Shown here in pieces: positions 10,235-20,684 of a stretch of DNA of 64,000 bases. The notes under the pieces were generated by a model. It did not search any database. It had not been told where the DNA came from and was given only the letters and a program-made list of their open reading frames with translations. The stretch covers positions 128,001-192,000 of the forward strand of contig CBDCUI010000007.1 of assembly GCA_965222615.1 (NCBI GenBank). The letters are read 5' to 3'. Source of the stretch: Gammaproteobacteria bacterium. Its GTDB lineage: Bacteria > Pseudomonadota > Gammaproteobacteria > UBA4575. The number at the start of each line of letters is the position of its first letter. Position 1 is the first letter of the stretch. A program made the position numbers and the translations under genes.

Positions 10235-10885
10235 ATGAGGTCTAGTTTGAACACATTAAGCCCTACCGTACCAGCACATGCTGCTGTTGTGGAGCGTTTT
10301 TTAGAACACTGCCACACCAAGCGCTATAGCTCTGGAAATAGAATCATTCATGCGGGTGACCCATCGAATACCCTATATTTCATTATCCGCGGCTCAGTTC
10401 GCGTTATGATCGAAGATGAAACCGGACATGAAATGGTACTGGCTTACCTCAATAAAGGGGACTTCTTTGGTGAAATGGGGCTGTTCGAAGAAAACACACG
10501 TAGTGCATTAGTAATCGCTCGCGAAGAATGTGATGTCGCTGAAATCCAATACTCTAAATTCCGTGATTTAGTTAGTACTGACTCTGAAATTTTAATGCAC
10601 TTAACTGGACAACTTGCCAAACGTCTGCGAGATACTAGCCGCAAAGTCATTGATCTGGCCTACTTGGATGTTACCGGTAGAGTCGCTCATACCCTGCTTG
10701 ATTTGGCCAAACAACCTGATGCCATGACTCACCCTGAAGGCATGCAGATTCGCATTACTCGCCAAGAAATTGCCAAAATTGTAGGCTGTTCGCGCGAGAT
10801 GGCTGGCCGAGTATTAAAAGAGTTACAACAACAAGGTTTGATTTCTGCTCACGGCAAAACGATTGTTGTATTTGGGGCCCGCTAA
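10235..10885 (+). CDS. crp: cAMP receptor protein CRP/Vfr
   Basis: [35 protein letters not shown]. Confidence 0.96.
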   Translation: MRSSLNTLSPTVPAHAAVVERFLEHCHTKRYSSGNRIIHAGDPSNTLYFIIRGSVRVMIEDETGHEMVLAYLNKGDFFGEMGLFEENTRSALVIAREECDVAEIQYSKFRDLVSTDSEILMHLTGQLAKRLRDTSRKVIDLAYLDVTGRVAHTLLDLAKQPDAMTHPEGMQIRITRQEIAKIVGCSREMAGRVLKELQQQGLISAHGKTIVVFGAR

Positions 10886-10997
10886 GCCACCACTATATAT
10901 TTCTACCTGTGTAGCCACACGCATTGTTGGGCGTTTGTGGCCTGACTTCCATGTAAGTTATATGCATAAACCAACATAACTCGCACTTAGATTTATT

Positions 10998-11014
10998 ATG
11001 TTATAATATAGCAT
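10998..11014. promoter_or_regulatory. Zur box
   Basis: ATGTTATA-A-TATAGCAT, one mismatch from the proteobacterial Zur core ATGTTATAnTATAACAT; 21 bp upstream of the zur-like gene. Confidence 0.8.
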
Positions 11015-11035
11015 TTTTAACGAGTACTACATTTC

Positions 11036-11500
11036 ATGTGGAAAAAACATAGCCACAAAAAATGCATTAAGGAAGCACTTCATCGAGCAAAATTGATATG
11101 TAAGGAGCGTAATTCACGACTTACCCCAATACGTAAAAAAGTACTTGAACTTATATGGAATAGCCATAAGCCAATAAAGGCCTATGACTTATTAGCACAA
11201 CTGAGCTCGGCAGACTTTGTTGAAAAGCCACCTACAGTATATCGCGCACTAGAGTTTTTATTAGAAAACAACTTAATTCACCGTATTGAAAGTCAAAATG
11301 CTTACATCGGTTGTAATGCTAATCATCAAAACATGGATAGTAAGTTTTTTATTTGCGATCAATGTAATGAAGTTGAAGAGCTCACAGAAACGATAATTAA
11401 TAAGACTCTAATTGATGTTGGTAAAAAAAGAGGCTTTATTCCAAGTCTTGTAAATGTAGAGATACATGGAACATGCGCTCAATGCGCACAACAACAGTAA
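11036..11500 (+). CDS. zur: Fur family regulator, Zur type
   Basis: HSHKKCI N-terminus, KAYDLL, PPTVYRALEFL, IHRIES, two CxxC. Confidence 0.85.
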   Translation: MWKKHSHKKCIKEALHRAKLICKERNSRLTPIRKKVLELIWNSHKPIKAYDLLAQLSSADFVEKPPTVYRALEFLLENNLIHRIESQNAYIGCNANHQNMDSKFFICDQCNEVEELTETIINKTLIDVGKKRGFIPSLVNVEIHGTCAQCAQQQ

Positions 11501-11506
11501 AGAAAT

Positions 11507-11932
11507 ATGATACAAACCAATTTTGACCGTTTTGCAATTCTTTTATCAGGCATATGCGCTATCCATTGTATAGTGTTGCCTGTTGTTGCTAGTCTAGCCC
11601 CTCTATTAGCTGCAACAATCCACCATGGTAATATTTTACATGAATTTTGGTTTCACCAATTTATTATTGTATTTATTTTACCTGTAAGTATTTTTGCATT
11701 AGTTACAGGTTTTCGTAATCACGGGCAAATCACACCTATTGTGCTTGGCAGTATAGGATTAACAATCCTGGTTTTCACTGCTTTATTCGCTGAATATCTG
11801 ATTTCTCGACAATTCCTTCCACTTAAAGGAGAAACAGTACTCACTATACTAGGCGGAATTATTCATGCAGCTGGACATATCGCGAATATATTTGCGACTA
11901 AAGCATTTCGAACCAGCTGTGTCACAGAATAA
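11507..11932 (+). CDS. MerC-domain membrane protein
   Basis: DRFAILLSGICAIHCIVLP motif; His-rich loop; 4 TM; C-terminal GH. Confidence 0.8.
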   Translation: MIQTNFDRFAILLSGICAIHCIVLPVVASLAPLLAATIHHGNILHEFWFHQFIIVFILPVSIFALVTGFRNHGQITPIVLGSIGLTILVFTALFAEYLISRQFLPLKGETVLTILGGIIHAAGHIANIFATKAFRTSCVTE

Positions 11933-11999
11933 ATTATTTTCTCATCTTTGTAATCGTTATAAATTAGCTTACTGATAGTAAACATATGACCAAGTATAA

Positions 12000-12022
12000 C
12001 TGAGCTTATACGACAAGCTCAG
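12000..12022. terminator. Hairpin between convergent genes
   Basis: CTGAGCTT-N7-AAGCTCAG overlapping the alkD-like stop; no clear U tail. Confidence 0.35.
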
Positions 12023-12723
12023 ACTACACCTTGCAAATATTTTTTTCTCTCTGATTCAGGAAATTTCTCTATTGCATAACGCAACATCGTTCTAGGCATT
12101 TTTTTATAACGTGTCTTTAAAAACGCCTTTTCAACTGCTAGCTCACGGTTTCCAATTTCTCTAAGCATCCAACCAACTGCTTTATGGATTAAATCTTCTT
12201 CGTCGTTTATCAATTGCTTGGCCAAATCTAATGTTGTAGTAAATTTATTCTTTTTAATAAAATGGAAGGTCGACATAATTGCAATGCGTCGCTCCCAGAG
12301 ATCATCTGACTTAGAGAGCTTATAAAGCACTTTTTTATCTTTATTTTCTAAATACGCTCCTACGATTTGATGGGCCGAACTATCGACTAAATCCCAGTTA
12401 TTGATGTATTTGGTGTTATCTAAATATAGCTTATAGATAGATGCTTGCTCTTTTTGATTACCTTTAGAAAACTTCAGTACTAACATCAGAAGTGCACACA
12501 GGCGCTCCTCATGAAAAACAGACTTTAGCAAACGTTGGATTTCTTTTAGTGGCATGGCCACATATTTTTTTGCTTGCTGCCTGAGAACTGGCACGCGGAT
12601 GCCAAGAAATTTGTCACCTTCGCCATACTCACCTTTTCCGGTTTTGAAAAAACGTTGCGAATGCTCTGCAATTGAAGGATCAGCTAAATCTCTTAGAATT
12701 TTACTAATTTCTTTTGATTTCAT
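12019..12723 (-). CDS. DNA alkylation repair protein (AlkD-like HEAT-repeat glycosylase)
   Basis: FFKTGKGEYGEGD, NNWDLVD, WERR, KAVGWMLRE. Confidence 0.9.
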   Translation of the reverse strand: MKSKEISKILRDLADPSIAEHSQRFFKTGKGEYGEGDKFLGIRVPVLRQQAKKYVAMPLKEIQRLLKSVFHEERLCALLMLVLKFSKGNQKEQASIYKLYLDNTKYINNWDLVDSSAHQIVGAYLENKDKKVLYKLSKSDDLWERRIAIMSTFHFIKKNKFTTTLDLAKQLINDEEDLIHKAVGWMLREIGNRELAVEKAFLKTRYKKMPRTMLRYAIEKFPESERKKYLQGVV

Positions 12724-12767
12724 TTTTTATCGCTATTATCAATAACATTACGAAATAGGCCGAGTTC

Positions 12768-13201
12768 TTAAATGCCTAGCATGGGAAGGTACTTTATTTT
12801 GTGATATTGAAGTGATAATACAATACAATGTTTTAGCTCTTTTTTCGGCACTTTGTCATTGATATGGAATATGATTGCTCTGTTACCCGAAAAATTAAAC
12901 TTATCTGAATATACCTCTTCAAAAGTATCGACTAGTTTCGTTTTACAATGAAAATACATCGCATAGTTCTCAGGACTATTTTTTTCCAACCTATTCTCAC
13001 TGCACTGCCCCCATCAGTTAGATAACTAGGCTCACCCCACTTCAAAGTTTCTTCGACATTAGCTAATTCCTTGTTTTCAGAGGCTGCCTCAAAAATAAGT
13101 TGGCGAAGATATAATAATTTCTTACGTACATTGTTTGGATACGATTGAAACTTTTTTAGTACATCTTTGTTTTCAATATCTTTAACTTTTTTTCCAGCCA
13201 T
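12768..13201 (-). pseudogene. DUF1801 family gene split by a 1-nt frameshift in an A7 run
   Basis: 5' ORF (ETLKWGEPSY...RIGWKK) and 3' ORF (NSPENYAMYFHCKT...GNRAI) join if A7 at 12979-12985 were A8. Confidence 0.8.
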
Positions 13202-13925
13202 AGTGTGGATGTCTTTTTACTAATTCAGAATCTTTGAAAAGTTGTATTAATAAAGCCCCTGCCATAAAACCACCAATATGCGCCCAAAACGCCACACCAC
13301 CTCCAGTTTTCCCAATTGAAGTAAATCCACCTAGTAACTGTATTAGAAACCAATAACCAAGCATCCAAATTGCTGGTATTGCAAAGGTTGTAATATAAAA
13401 GCCCAATATGACTAACATATGCACTTTAACGCGTGGATAAAGCACTACATAGGCACCCATTACCCCTCCAATCGCACCCGATGCCCCTACCATTGGAACT
13501 ACAGAATCAGGATTTGAGAAAATTTGCAAGCCAGCTGCAGCCAATCCGCATAGCAAATAAAAAATCATAAATCGCAGATGTCCCATAGAATCTTCAACGT
13601 TATCGCCAAAAATCCACAAAAACCACATATTGCCAATGATATGCATCCAGCCACCATGTAAAAACATGTGATTTATTACAGACATCCAATTTGGTGATGA
13701 TGTAATCTGACAATAAGTATCGGGCCCAATTTGTGTTGCCGCTCCTGGTGCAGCAAGTTGTAGAAGCTCACCAGGGAGCAACCCTAATTGACATACAGAT
13801 TGCGAGAGTGAGGGCTCCATCCCTAGTCCTTGGATAAATACCCAAGCTAATACATTTAGCCCTAGAATGATGTACGTCGCGTATGGCTTGAGGTATTGAG
13901 GATTGTCATCACGAACGGGAAACAT
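13182..13925 (-). CDS. Rhomboid family intramembrane serine protease
   Basis: FLHGGWMHIIGNM, GASG, AFWAHIGGF. Confidence 0.95.
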   Translation of the reverse strand: MFPVRDDNPQYLKPYATYIILGLNVLAWVFIQGLGMEPSLSQSVCQLGLLPGELLQLAAPGAATQIGPDTYCQITSSPNWMSVINHMFLHGGWMHIIGNMWFLWIFGDNVEDSMGHLRFMIFYLLCGLAAAGLQIFSNPDSVVPMVGASGAIGGVMGAYVVLYPRVKVHMLVILGFYITTFAIPAIWMLGYWFLIQLLGGFTSIGKTGGGVAFWAHIGGFMAGALLIQLFKDSELVKRHPHYGWKKS

Positions 13926-13931
13926 ATCTAA

Positions 13932-14060
13932 GGAAACTCCGATTTATTTTGATATATCGTTAAAAAATGTCTCGAAATGCTCATGTATTTGCATATACAC
14001 TCCGCTTTCTCAACATTTTTTGCCTCATCTCAATCATTTCATTAATAAATCAGAGCTCCC
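13932..14060. mobile_element. MITE-like palindromic element, family 1 copy A
   Basis: 17-bp TIRs close to GGAAGCTCTGATTTATT; CTAA/TTAA flanks; core CTCATGTAT..ATACACTCCGC. Confidence 0.85.
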
Positions 14061-14101
14061 TTAAGCTATGGGGTTAGCTGATAATTGTTTTTGAGTTGTT
14101 A

Positions 14102-14434
14102 TTATTTATCTAGCTCTATTGCTTGCTTTAAATATTTTTTTATTTCAGTTATTTTTACTTCATTTACATGTTTGTATTTAATGTGCCTCATTCCTTTACC
14201 TGAACCTTCTAGCTTATTGGCATCTTTTATTTTTGCCCCTTGAAAAATTTGCAAATTTACATGGTTCTTATGCGCCATTATGGAACATATATTTTTATTT
14301 ATTGAATAGGTTGGCACATTCCATTTGATTTCTTCTTTCAGTTTTTTAGATGTTCCCTTTACGGCTCGCCGTAATTTTTCAACAATTTCCTTCATAGGGT
14401 CATCGATGCTATTTACGTATTCACCAACATTCAT
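14102..14434 (-). CDS. DUF1801 (YdhG-like) protein
   Basis: EEIKWNVPTY...LEGSGKGMRHIK. Confidence 0.85.
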   Translation of the reverse strand: MNVGEYVNSIDDPMKEIVEKLRRAVKGTSKKLKEEIKWNVPTYSINKNICSIMAHKNHVNLQIFQGAKIKDANKLEGSGKGMRHIKYKHVNEVKITEIKKYLKQAIELDK

Positions 14435-14661
14435 ATTTTATCTAATCCAATTTTATTTAGATTCAAATTATTACCATTCATTATGCAATGCTTCAACAAC
14501 ATTTTCTTTATTAATATTTTTGTACTAATTTTTAAACTTTGTTCGATACGATTGCCACGGCTCTGCAAGCTCAGGTCTAGAGTTTTTACTCAACTCACAG
14601 GCCATTCCTTATTCTTAACCACTCTGGAACTCCTAACATACGAATTTATAGGAGGTCGCTG

Positions 14662-15840
14662 TTAATTTAATGCTTGTTCAAGATCAGCCCAAAGATCCTC
14701 AACATCTTCTAATCCAACCGAAATACGAACCATGCCATCAACTATGCCACGCTTAGCGCGTTCTTCAGCTGTTAAATTATAATGTGTAGTTGTTATAGGC
14801 TGGGTAACAAGACTTTCTACACCACCAAGACTAGGCGCAATCGAGAATAGTTTTAGTCGGTCAACCACATCTGCAGTTTCCTGCGCATCTCCATCAATCA
14901 CAAAACTAATCATTCCGCCAAAGTCTTTCATTTGAAGCCTAGCTGCGCTGTGTCCAATAAAATCAGGCAAGCCTGGGTAATTTACTTTGTTAATTCGAGG
15001 ATGCTCAACCAATCGTTCAGCCAGTATTTGTGCCGTCGCATTGTGTGCATTCACCCTTACAACTAGTGTGCGCAAGCTTCGTGCTAATAAATATGCAACC
15101 TCAGGTGCCATCATTTGACCAAGATTCTTACGCCAAGTCCAAATAGGGCTAAGTAATTCTGTTGACCCAATTACTGTTCCCCCAGTTAGATCGCTGTGGC
15201 CACCTAAATATTTTGTAGTGCTGTGAACGACGAGATCTGCACCTAATTCAAATGGCCTCTGGTTAACTGGAGTTGCGAAGGTATTGTCTACAACTGTGAG
15301 TACACTATGTTCTTTCGCAAATGCAGCAATTTCTGCAATATTCAATACTTCCATATTTGGATTCGTAGGTGTTTCAAAAAAGATGATGCGTGTATTACTT
15401 TTTATAAACTCATTAAGCTTGTTAACTTCATTACCTAGTATAAAAGTAGTGGTAATACCTAAATCGGGTAAATTAGTATCGAGTAATTCATACGTTCCGC
15501 CATATACATCACCAATACATACGATATGATCGCCAGACTTACAGTGGGCTAAAAAAGTAGCTGATTCAGCAGCCATCCCGGAACTAAACACCCAGGCAAC
15601 TTCACCGCCTTCAATCGCTGCAAGTTTTTTCTCCAGAGCTTGGATTGTTGGGTTTAGACCATAACGAGTGTATAGGCTGCCTTCCACTCGTCCCTCCACC
15701 ACATCAAGCACACTTTGCGTGTCAGGAAAACCAAACGTGGAATGATTATATAGAGGGGTAAATATACCCCCGCGTTCGTCAAGATTGTCTCCTGCATGTA
15801 TACAGTTAGTAGCTAGACCCAAGCCGGTTGTTTTTTTCAT
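14662..15840 (-). CDS. PLP-dependent trans-sulfuration enzyme (cystathionine gamma-synthase/lyase or methionine gamma-lyase family)
   Basis: YTRYGLNPT, SSGMAA, ETPTNP, DNTFAT, HSTTKYLGGHSD, SLGGVESL. Confidence 0.92.
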   Translation of the reverse strand: MKKTTGLGLATNCIHAGDNLDERGGIFTPLYNHSTFGFPDTQSVLDVVEGRVEGSLYTRYGLNPTIQALEKKLAAIEGGEVAWVFSSGMAAESATFLAHCKSGDHIVCIGDVYGGTYELLDTNLPDLGITTTFILGNEVNKLNEFIKSNTRIIFFETPTNPNMEVLNIAEIAAFAKEHSVLTVVDNTFATPVNQRPFELGADLVVHSTTKYLGGHSDLTGGTVIGSTELLSPIWTWRKNLGQMMAPEVAYLLARSLRTLVVRVNAHNATAQILAERLVEHPRINKVNYPGLPDFIGHSAARLQMKDFGGMISFVIDGDAQETADVVDRLKLFSIAPSLGGVESLVTQPITTTHYNLTAEERAKRGIVDGMVRISVGLEDVEDLWADLEQALN

Positions 15841-16059
15841 GGCGTTACCCTTAAACGAAGTTGTCTTCGTATTAATAAAAATAGAAAGTACTTGATGTTA
15901 GGATAGCGTAAATAGTGGCAGCTATTAAATAAACCATCCACTCTCATTTGAGGAGTAGAAGTAATCAAATTGTTCTAGCGTTTAGCGTAGTAGGGAAATG
16001 AAAGTACATTCTGGATAACAACCAATAGCGGCCATTAAACTATTTCTTTAGAAGTACTC

Positions 16060-16353
16060 TTAGTTAAGTTGGATCCATCCACGAATTAAATCAAAATAAA
16101 TAAACTCCACACCGATCGATTCTACCCTGCGAATGTCGCCATTATTCGGCATGTCATATTCTTCCAGACCTTCTAAAGCAAGCGCGTTTGCCATAGCGGA
16201 CTTTTGCTGCCGCTGACGAGGAAGTTGTTCGAGATGTAATTCTTTGGCAGTCCAGATCATTCCATCTCGTTCTACAGGTGACGCCTTTGCAAAATCAGCA
16301 AAAAGAAATACTGCAGATGTACCTGCCATTTTTTTGTAGACGGGTTCAGTCAC
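16060..16353 (-). CDS. Hypothetical protein
   Basis: 97-aa ORF with protein-like composition; start uncertain (GTG or downstream ATG). Confidence 0.55.
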   Translation of the reverse strand: MTEPVYKKMAGTSAVFLFADFAKASPVERDGMIWTAKELHLEQLPRQRQQKSAMANALALEGLEEYDMPNNGDIRRVESIGVEFIYFDLIRGWIQLN

Positions 16354-16574
16354 AAGAAGCTTATCTGACCTTACAGTATGATAAATGACTCAATGTAGAT
16401 TAGGCTTTCTTAAACTAAAATTCCCTGTTTTACCTCAGCTATTTGTCGATTTCAGGTATAGGAAGAATAAAAAAACTCAACATATATGAAGTATGTTCGG
16501 ATTTTTCACCAAGCTTTATCGGATTTTTTGGATGTCTGATTTAGGGTTATTAGCGGTCGTTCAATTTTTATAAT

Positions 16575-17372
16575 TTAGAAAAACAGCTCCTTCAATTTTG
16601 CACCCGGTTCTTCTGCAACCATAAAGGCTTCTCCTACTAGAAATGAATTGACTCCTTTTTCCGTCATTTTGGCAACATCATCTTTAGTATGAATACCGCT
16701 CTCGGTAACGATATGACATTCATCAGGAATTTTTGGCAACAAATTTAGTGTTGTGTCTAAGCTTGTCTCAAAAGTGTGTAGATTTCGATTATTAATCCCA
16801 AGCAATGTAGGCTCAAGTTTGAGTGCACGATCTACTTCTTCTTCATTATGCACTTCTACTAATACATCTAAACGTAATTCCTTTGCCAGCTGATTGAGTT
16901 CAACCATTTGATCATCTTCCAAGGCTGCTACGATTAATAGCATACAATCTGCATCGACCGCGCGTGTTTCATACACTTGATAAGGATCAATAATAAAATC
17001 TTTACGTAACATGGGTAAAAAACAGGTCTTACGTGATAGCTCTAAAATTGCACATGAGCCTTTAAAAAACTCACTATCGGTAAGTACGGAAACACACGTC
17101 GCACCATTCATTTGATAGCTTGCCGCAATCTGCATAGGATTAAAGTTTTCACGCAAAATACCTTTACTTGGCGAGGCACGTTTAATTTCAGCAATCACAC
17201 CCGGACGCTGTGCTGCTTGAGCCCCTCGTAATGCAGACTCAAACCCCCTGGGACTCGGTGCTTCTTTGGCCCATTCCTGCATTTTTTCCAGTGGTACGCG
17301 TTGTTTACGCTCCACCAATTCATTTTTTTTATGCTCAATTATTTTTGTGAGAATCTCAGGTTGATCGGTCAT
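16575..17372 (-). CDS. trpC: Indole-3-glycerol phosphate synthase
   Basis: [34 protein letters not shown]. Confidence 0.98.
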   Translation of the reverse strand: MTDQPEILTKIIEHKKNELVERKQRVPLEKMQEWAKEAPSPRGFESALRGAQAAQRPGVIAEIKRASPSKGILRENFNPMQIAASYQMNGATCVSVLTDSEFFKGSCAILELSRKTCFLPMLRKDFIIDPYQVYETRAVDADCMLLIVAALEDDQMVELNQLAKELRLDVLVEVHNEEEVDRALKLEPTLLGINNRNLHTFETSLDTTLNLLPKIPDECHIVTESGIHTKDDVAKMTEKGVNSFLVGEAFMVAEEPGAKLKELFF

Positions 17373-17374
17373 GA

Positions 17375-18394
17375 TTATGTCAAGCTGTTGGTGTATTCAA
17401 TATATTGTTGAAATTTTTTCTTGGCCTCGCCACTTGTAATTGCCGTTGTTGCCATTTCTATCCCCTGCGCTAACGAATTAGCTACATCACTTGCATATAA
17501 GGCTGCTCCCGCATTGAGTTTTACAATATCTAGCGCAGCTCCTGGCTCATTATTAAATACATCATTCACCATCTGTAGACTCTGCTTAACATCTTGCACA
17601 ACAATGTTCTCAAGCTTGTTTTGCTCAATGCCAAATTGTTGCGGAGAAATTTGATAACAAGAAATATCTCCATCTTTTAACTCTGCAATTTCAGTTTCAC
17701 TACCTATGCTAATTTCATCTAAACCATCTTGCGCGTGTACCACTAAGACATGTTTGCTACCCAATGATTGCAACACCTTTGCCAACGGTTCTATCCAATC
17801 TACACTGAACACACCTAGTACTTGATGCGGCGCATTCGCAGGATTGGTTAAAGGACCTAGTAGATTAAACATAGTGCGCACTCCTAGTTCTTTTCGAGGT
17901 CCAATAGCATGTTTCATAGCACTGTGATGTGCAGGTGCAAATAAAAACCCAATACTTAGTTCTTCAATACAACTAGCTACTTGTTCAGACGAGAGTTGTA
18001 AATTAACTCCGGCAGCTTCTAGCAAATCAGCACTACCGCTGTTACTGGAAACGGAACGATTACCATGTTTGGCTACTCTGCCGCCAGCAGCAGCTACCAC
18101 AAAGGCTGCAGTAGTTGAAACATTAAACGTGCCTTTTGCATCACCACCAGTGCCACAAGTGTCAACAAGATTTTTTGTTGCAACATTTACCTTAGAGGAA
18201 AGCTCGCACATCACTGAAGCTGCGGCAGTAAGTTCTTCCACCACTTCACCTTTCATGCGCAAAGCAACTAAAAAACCTGCAACCTGAGCAGCTGTGGCAT
18301 CACCAGTCATAATCGCGCGCATTACCGAAGTCATTTGCCCGGTATTCAGGTCATTGCCCTCAATAACAACCTGTATCGCTTGCTGTATATTCAT
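17375..18394 (-). CDS. trpD: Anthranilate phosphoribosyltransferase
   Basis: [21 protein letters not shown]. Confidence 0.98.
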   Translation of the reverse strand: MNIQQAIQVVIEGNDLNTGQMTSVMRAIMTGDATAAQVAGFLVALRMKGEVVEELTAAASVMCELSSKVNVATKNLVDTCGTGGDAKGTFNVSTTAAFVVAAAGGRVAKHGNRSVSSNSGSADLLEAAGVNLQLSSEQVASCIEELSIGFLFAPAHHSAMKHAIGPRKELGVRTMFNLLGPLTNPANAPHQVLGVFSVDWIEPLAKVLQSLGSKHVLVVHAQDGLDEISIGSETEIAELKDGDISCYQISPQQFGIEQNKLENIVVQDVKQSLQMVNDVFNNEPGAALDIVKLNAGAALYASDVANSLAQGIEMATTAITSGEAKKKFQQYIEYTNSLT

Positions 18395-18399
18395 TTTTC

Positions 18400-18484
18400 G
18401 TAAACTCTGATTTACTCAGCCTTAATTAATTTTATTGGTCGTTAAAAAATGTTTCAGCCATTGTATTAATAAATCAGAGCTTCC
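18400..18484. mobile_element. Internally deleted family 1 element (copy B) between trpG and trpD
   Basis: Degenerate left TIR GTAAACTCTGATTTACT; intact right TIR AATAAATCAGAGCTTCC; GTTAAAAAATGT retained. Confidence 0.7.
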
Positions 18485-18496
18485 TAAGTATCTTGA

Positions 18497-19078
18497 TTAA
18501 TTCTGTTTTATGAAGTTTGTTAACAGATGGTGACCAAAATCTGTAAGAATAGATTCAGGATGAAATTGCACGCCTTCAACTGCATATTGTTTATGTCGCA
18601 CACCCATTATTTCATCTAATTCACCTGAATTATTTTGTGTCCACGCAGTAATTTCTAAACAATCTGGCACACTGTCTTTTTCTATTACTAGTGAGTGATA
18701 ACGTGTGGCCGTAAATGGATTATCACATTTTTCAAATACATGTTTGTTGTGATGATGCACCATCGAAGTCTTACCGTGCATGACTTGTTGCGCTTTAACG
18801 ATCTTGCCGCCATAGGCCTGACCTATGCTTTGATGGCCAAGGCAAACACCTAATATCGGGATTTCACCACCCAATTTACTAATAATATCTAAAGAGATTC
18901 CTGCTTCATTTGGTGTACAAGGCCCTGGTGAAATAACAATGTAGTCTGGTTGCAACGCCTTGATTTCGCTGATACCGATTTGATCATTGCGCACTACTTT
19001 TACTTCCTCACCAATTTCACCCAAGTACTGCACTAGGTTGTAAGTGAAAGAATCATAATTGTCGATCATTAAAATCAT
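18497..19078 (-). CDS. trpG: Anthranilate synthase component II
   Basis: IDNYDSFTYNL, SPGP, GVCLGHQ, RYHSL, QFHPES. Confidence 0.95.
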   Translation of the reverse strand: MILMIDNYDSFTYNLVQYLGEIGEEVKVVRNDQIGISEIKALQPDYIVISPGPCTPNEAGISLDIISKLGGEIPILGVCLGHQSIGQAYGGKIVKAQQVMHGKTSMVHHHNKHVFEKCDNPFTATRYHSLVIEKDSVPDCLEITAWTQNNSGELDEIMGVRHKQYAVEGVQFHPESILTDFGHHLLTNFIKQN

Positions 19079-19099
19079 GATTTTATTTTTACCGAGTAT

Positions 19100-20566
19100 T
19101 TATACAATGAATTGCGCAAGTACTGCAGCCTTCATCATGGCGCCTGCTTTGTTATTAGTTTCTATCCATTCATTTTCGGGCACAGAGTCATACACAATAC
19201 CTGCACCAGCTTGAATATAAAGTCTTTCATTTTTAATGACAGCCGTACGAATAGCAATGGCGGTATCCATATTTCCATCCCATGAAATATACCCTACCGC
19301 ACCAGAATAGATGCCTCTTTTTACAGGTTCAAATTCATTAATGATTTCCATCGCGCGAATCTTAGGTGCACCACTTACCGTCCCAGCTGGAAAGGTGGCT
19401 TTAATCACATCAATCGCATCAAATGGCTCGTTAATTTTGCCTATTACATTTGAGACAATGTGCATCACATGTGAATAACGCTCAATGATCATTTGATCAG
19501 TCAATACAACCGTGCCTGTCTTGGCAACACGACCCACATCATTGCGCCCCAAATCTATCAACATTAGATGTTCAGCAAGCTCTTTAGGATCTGCTAACAA
19601 TTCTCTCTCTAATTCTAAATCATGGGTATAATCTTTTCCTCGTGGACGTGTACCCGCAATGGGCCTTACGGTAATTTCACCTTCTTCAAGTCGCACTAAT
19701 ATTTCTGGAGAAGATCCAACAATATAAAAATCATCCATATTCATATAATACATATAAGGTGATGGATTAAGACTGCGTAGACTTCGATATAAATTTATCG
19801 GTGGGCTTGTAAACTCGGTATTTTGTCGTTGCGATAACACTACCTGCATGATATCACCTGCACGTATGTAATCACGCGCATCATCAACCGCTTGTTTAAA
19901 TACCTCTTCAGAAAACTCTGAAACAAAGTTTATCGTTGATGCTTTTATTTCATTTGATGCTAAATCTGGTTTGGGTTTTCGTAAAAGTTGCACAAGTTCA
20001 TCTAAACGCTGCTCACCTTTTCGATAGGCTTGTGCATCTTTAGGATCAACATGCACAATTAAAAATATTTTGCCGCTTAGATTATCGAACACCACTAACT
20101 CTCTAGATACCATAAGAAAGATATCTGGAGTTTGCAAAACATCAGGCTTTTCATTACCAACAAGCTTTGGCTCAATATAGTGCACCGTTTCATAACCAAA
20201 GTACCCCACCACCCCACCAGTAAAACGTGGCAACTCAGGGATATCTGGTACATTAAATTGTTGCAGAAATTCTTGTATCCATGTCAATGGATCTTGGGTT
20301 TCAGTTATATTGAGTTTTTTTTCACGCAATTCATGCTCAACTCGATTGCCAAACACTTTAATACGTTCTGCGCAAGACAAACCGATAAATGAGTAACGTC
20401 CCCAGCGTTCGCCACCTTGTACTGATTCGAACAAATAAGTGTAAGGTTGATGCGCGAGTTTTAGATAAGCACTTAATGGTGTATCGAGATCGGCGAGCAC
20501 TTCTCGAACCAGTGGAATACAACTGTATCCTTGGGTTTTTAGTGCATCAAAAGTTGTGAGGTCCAT
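19100..20566 (-). CDS. trpE: Anthranilate synthase component I
   Basis: LFESV, NPSPY, PIAGT, EHLMLIDLGRND, GTVSGAPK. Confidence 0.97.
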   Translation of the reverse strand: MDLTTFDALKTQGYSCIPLVREVLADLDTPLSAYLKLAHQPYTYLFESVQGGERWGRYSFIGLSCAERIKVFGNRVEHELREKKLNITETQDPLTWIQEFLQQFNVPDIPELPRFTGGVVGYFGYETVHYIEPKLVGNEKPDVLQTPDIFLMVSRELVVFDNLSGKIFLIVHVDPKDAQAYRKGEQRLDELVQLLRKPKPDLASNEIKASTINFVSEFSEEVFKQAVDDARDYIRAGDIMQVVLSQRQNTEFTSPPINLYRSLRSLNPSPYMYYMNMDDFYIVGSSPEILVRLEEGEITVRPIAGTRPRGKDYTHDLELERELLADPKELAEHLMLIDLGRNDVGRVAKTGTVVLTDQMIIERYSHVMHIVSNVIGKINEPFDAIDVIKATFPAGTVSGAPKIRAMEIINEFEPVKRGIYSGAVGYISWDGNMDTAIAIRTAVIKNERLYIQAGAGIVYDSVPENEWIETNNKAGAMMKAAVLAQFIV

Positions 20567-20614
20567 ATCATCTCCATCATTGTTAAAAAGGAAAAATGAG
20601 CAAGTAAGTCGACG

Positions 20615-20671
20615 TTATCGGCAACGCCAACTAAAAAACTCTGCAAATCCTTTCTGTATAGAGATGGACAT
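20615..20671 (-). CDS. trpL: Putative trp leader peptide MSISIQKGFAEFFSWRCR
   Basis: 18-codon ORF between gph and trpE with AAGGA RBS, ending W-R-C-R-stop; followed by pyrimidine-rich tract. Confidence 0.65.
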   Translation of the reverse strand: MSISIQKGFAEFFSWRCR

Positions 20672-20684
20672 TGAATACTGATCC

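Noticed and set aside
14467-14660. Short minus-strand ORF fragments (e.g. MACELSKNSRPELAEPWQSYRTKFKN) suggesting a gene remnant
   Set aside because: Too short to assign; no family recognised with confidence
11990-15840. Run of co-oriented accessory genes with GTT-containing spacers resembling an integron cassette array
   Set aside because: No integrase; spacers are short and lack paired R/L boxes of a convincing attC hairpin. An IntegronFinder run would settle it
15841-16059. Possible SAM riboswitch upstream of the trans-sulfuration gene
   Set aside because: Only a TTATCCAGA fragment matches; the rest of the aptamer core is absent
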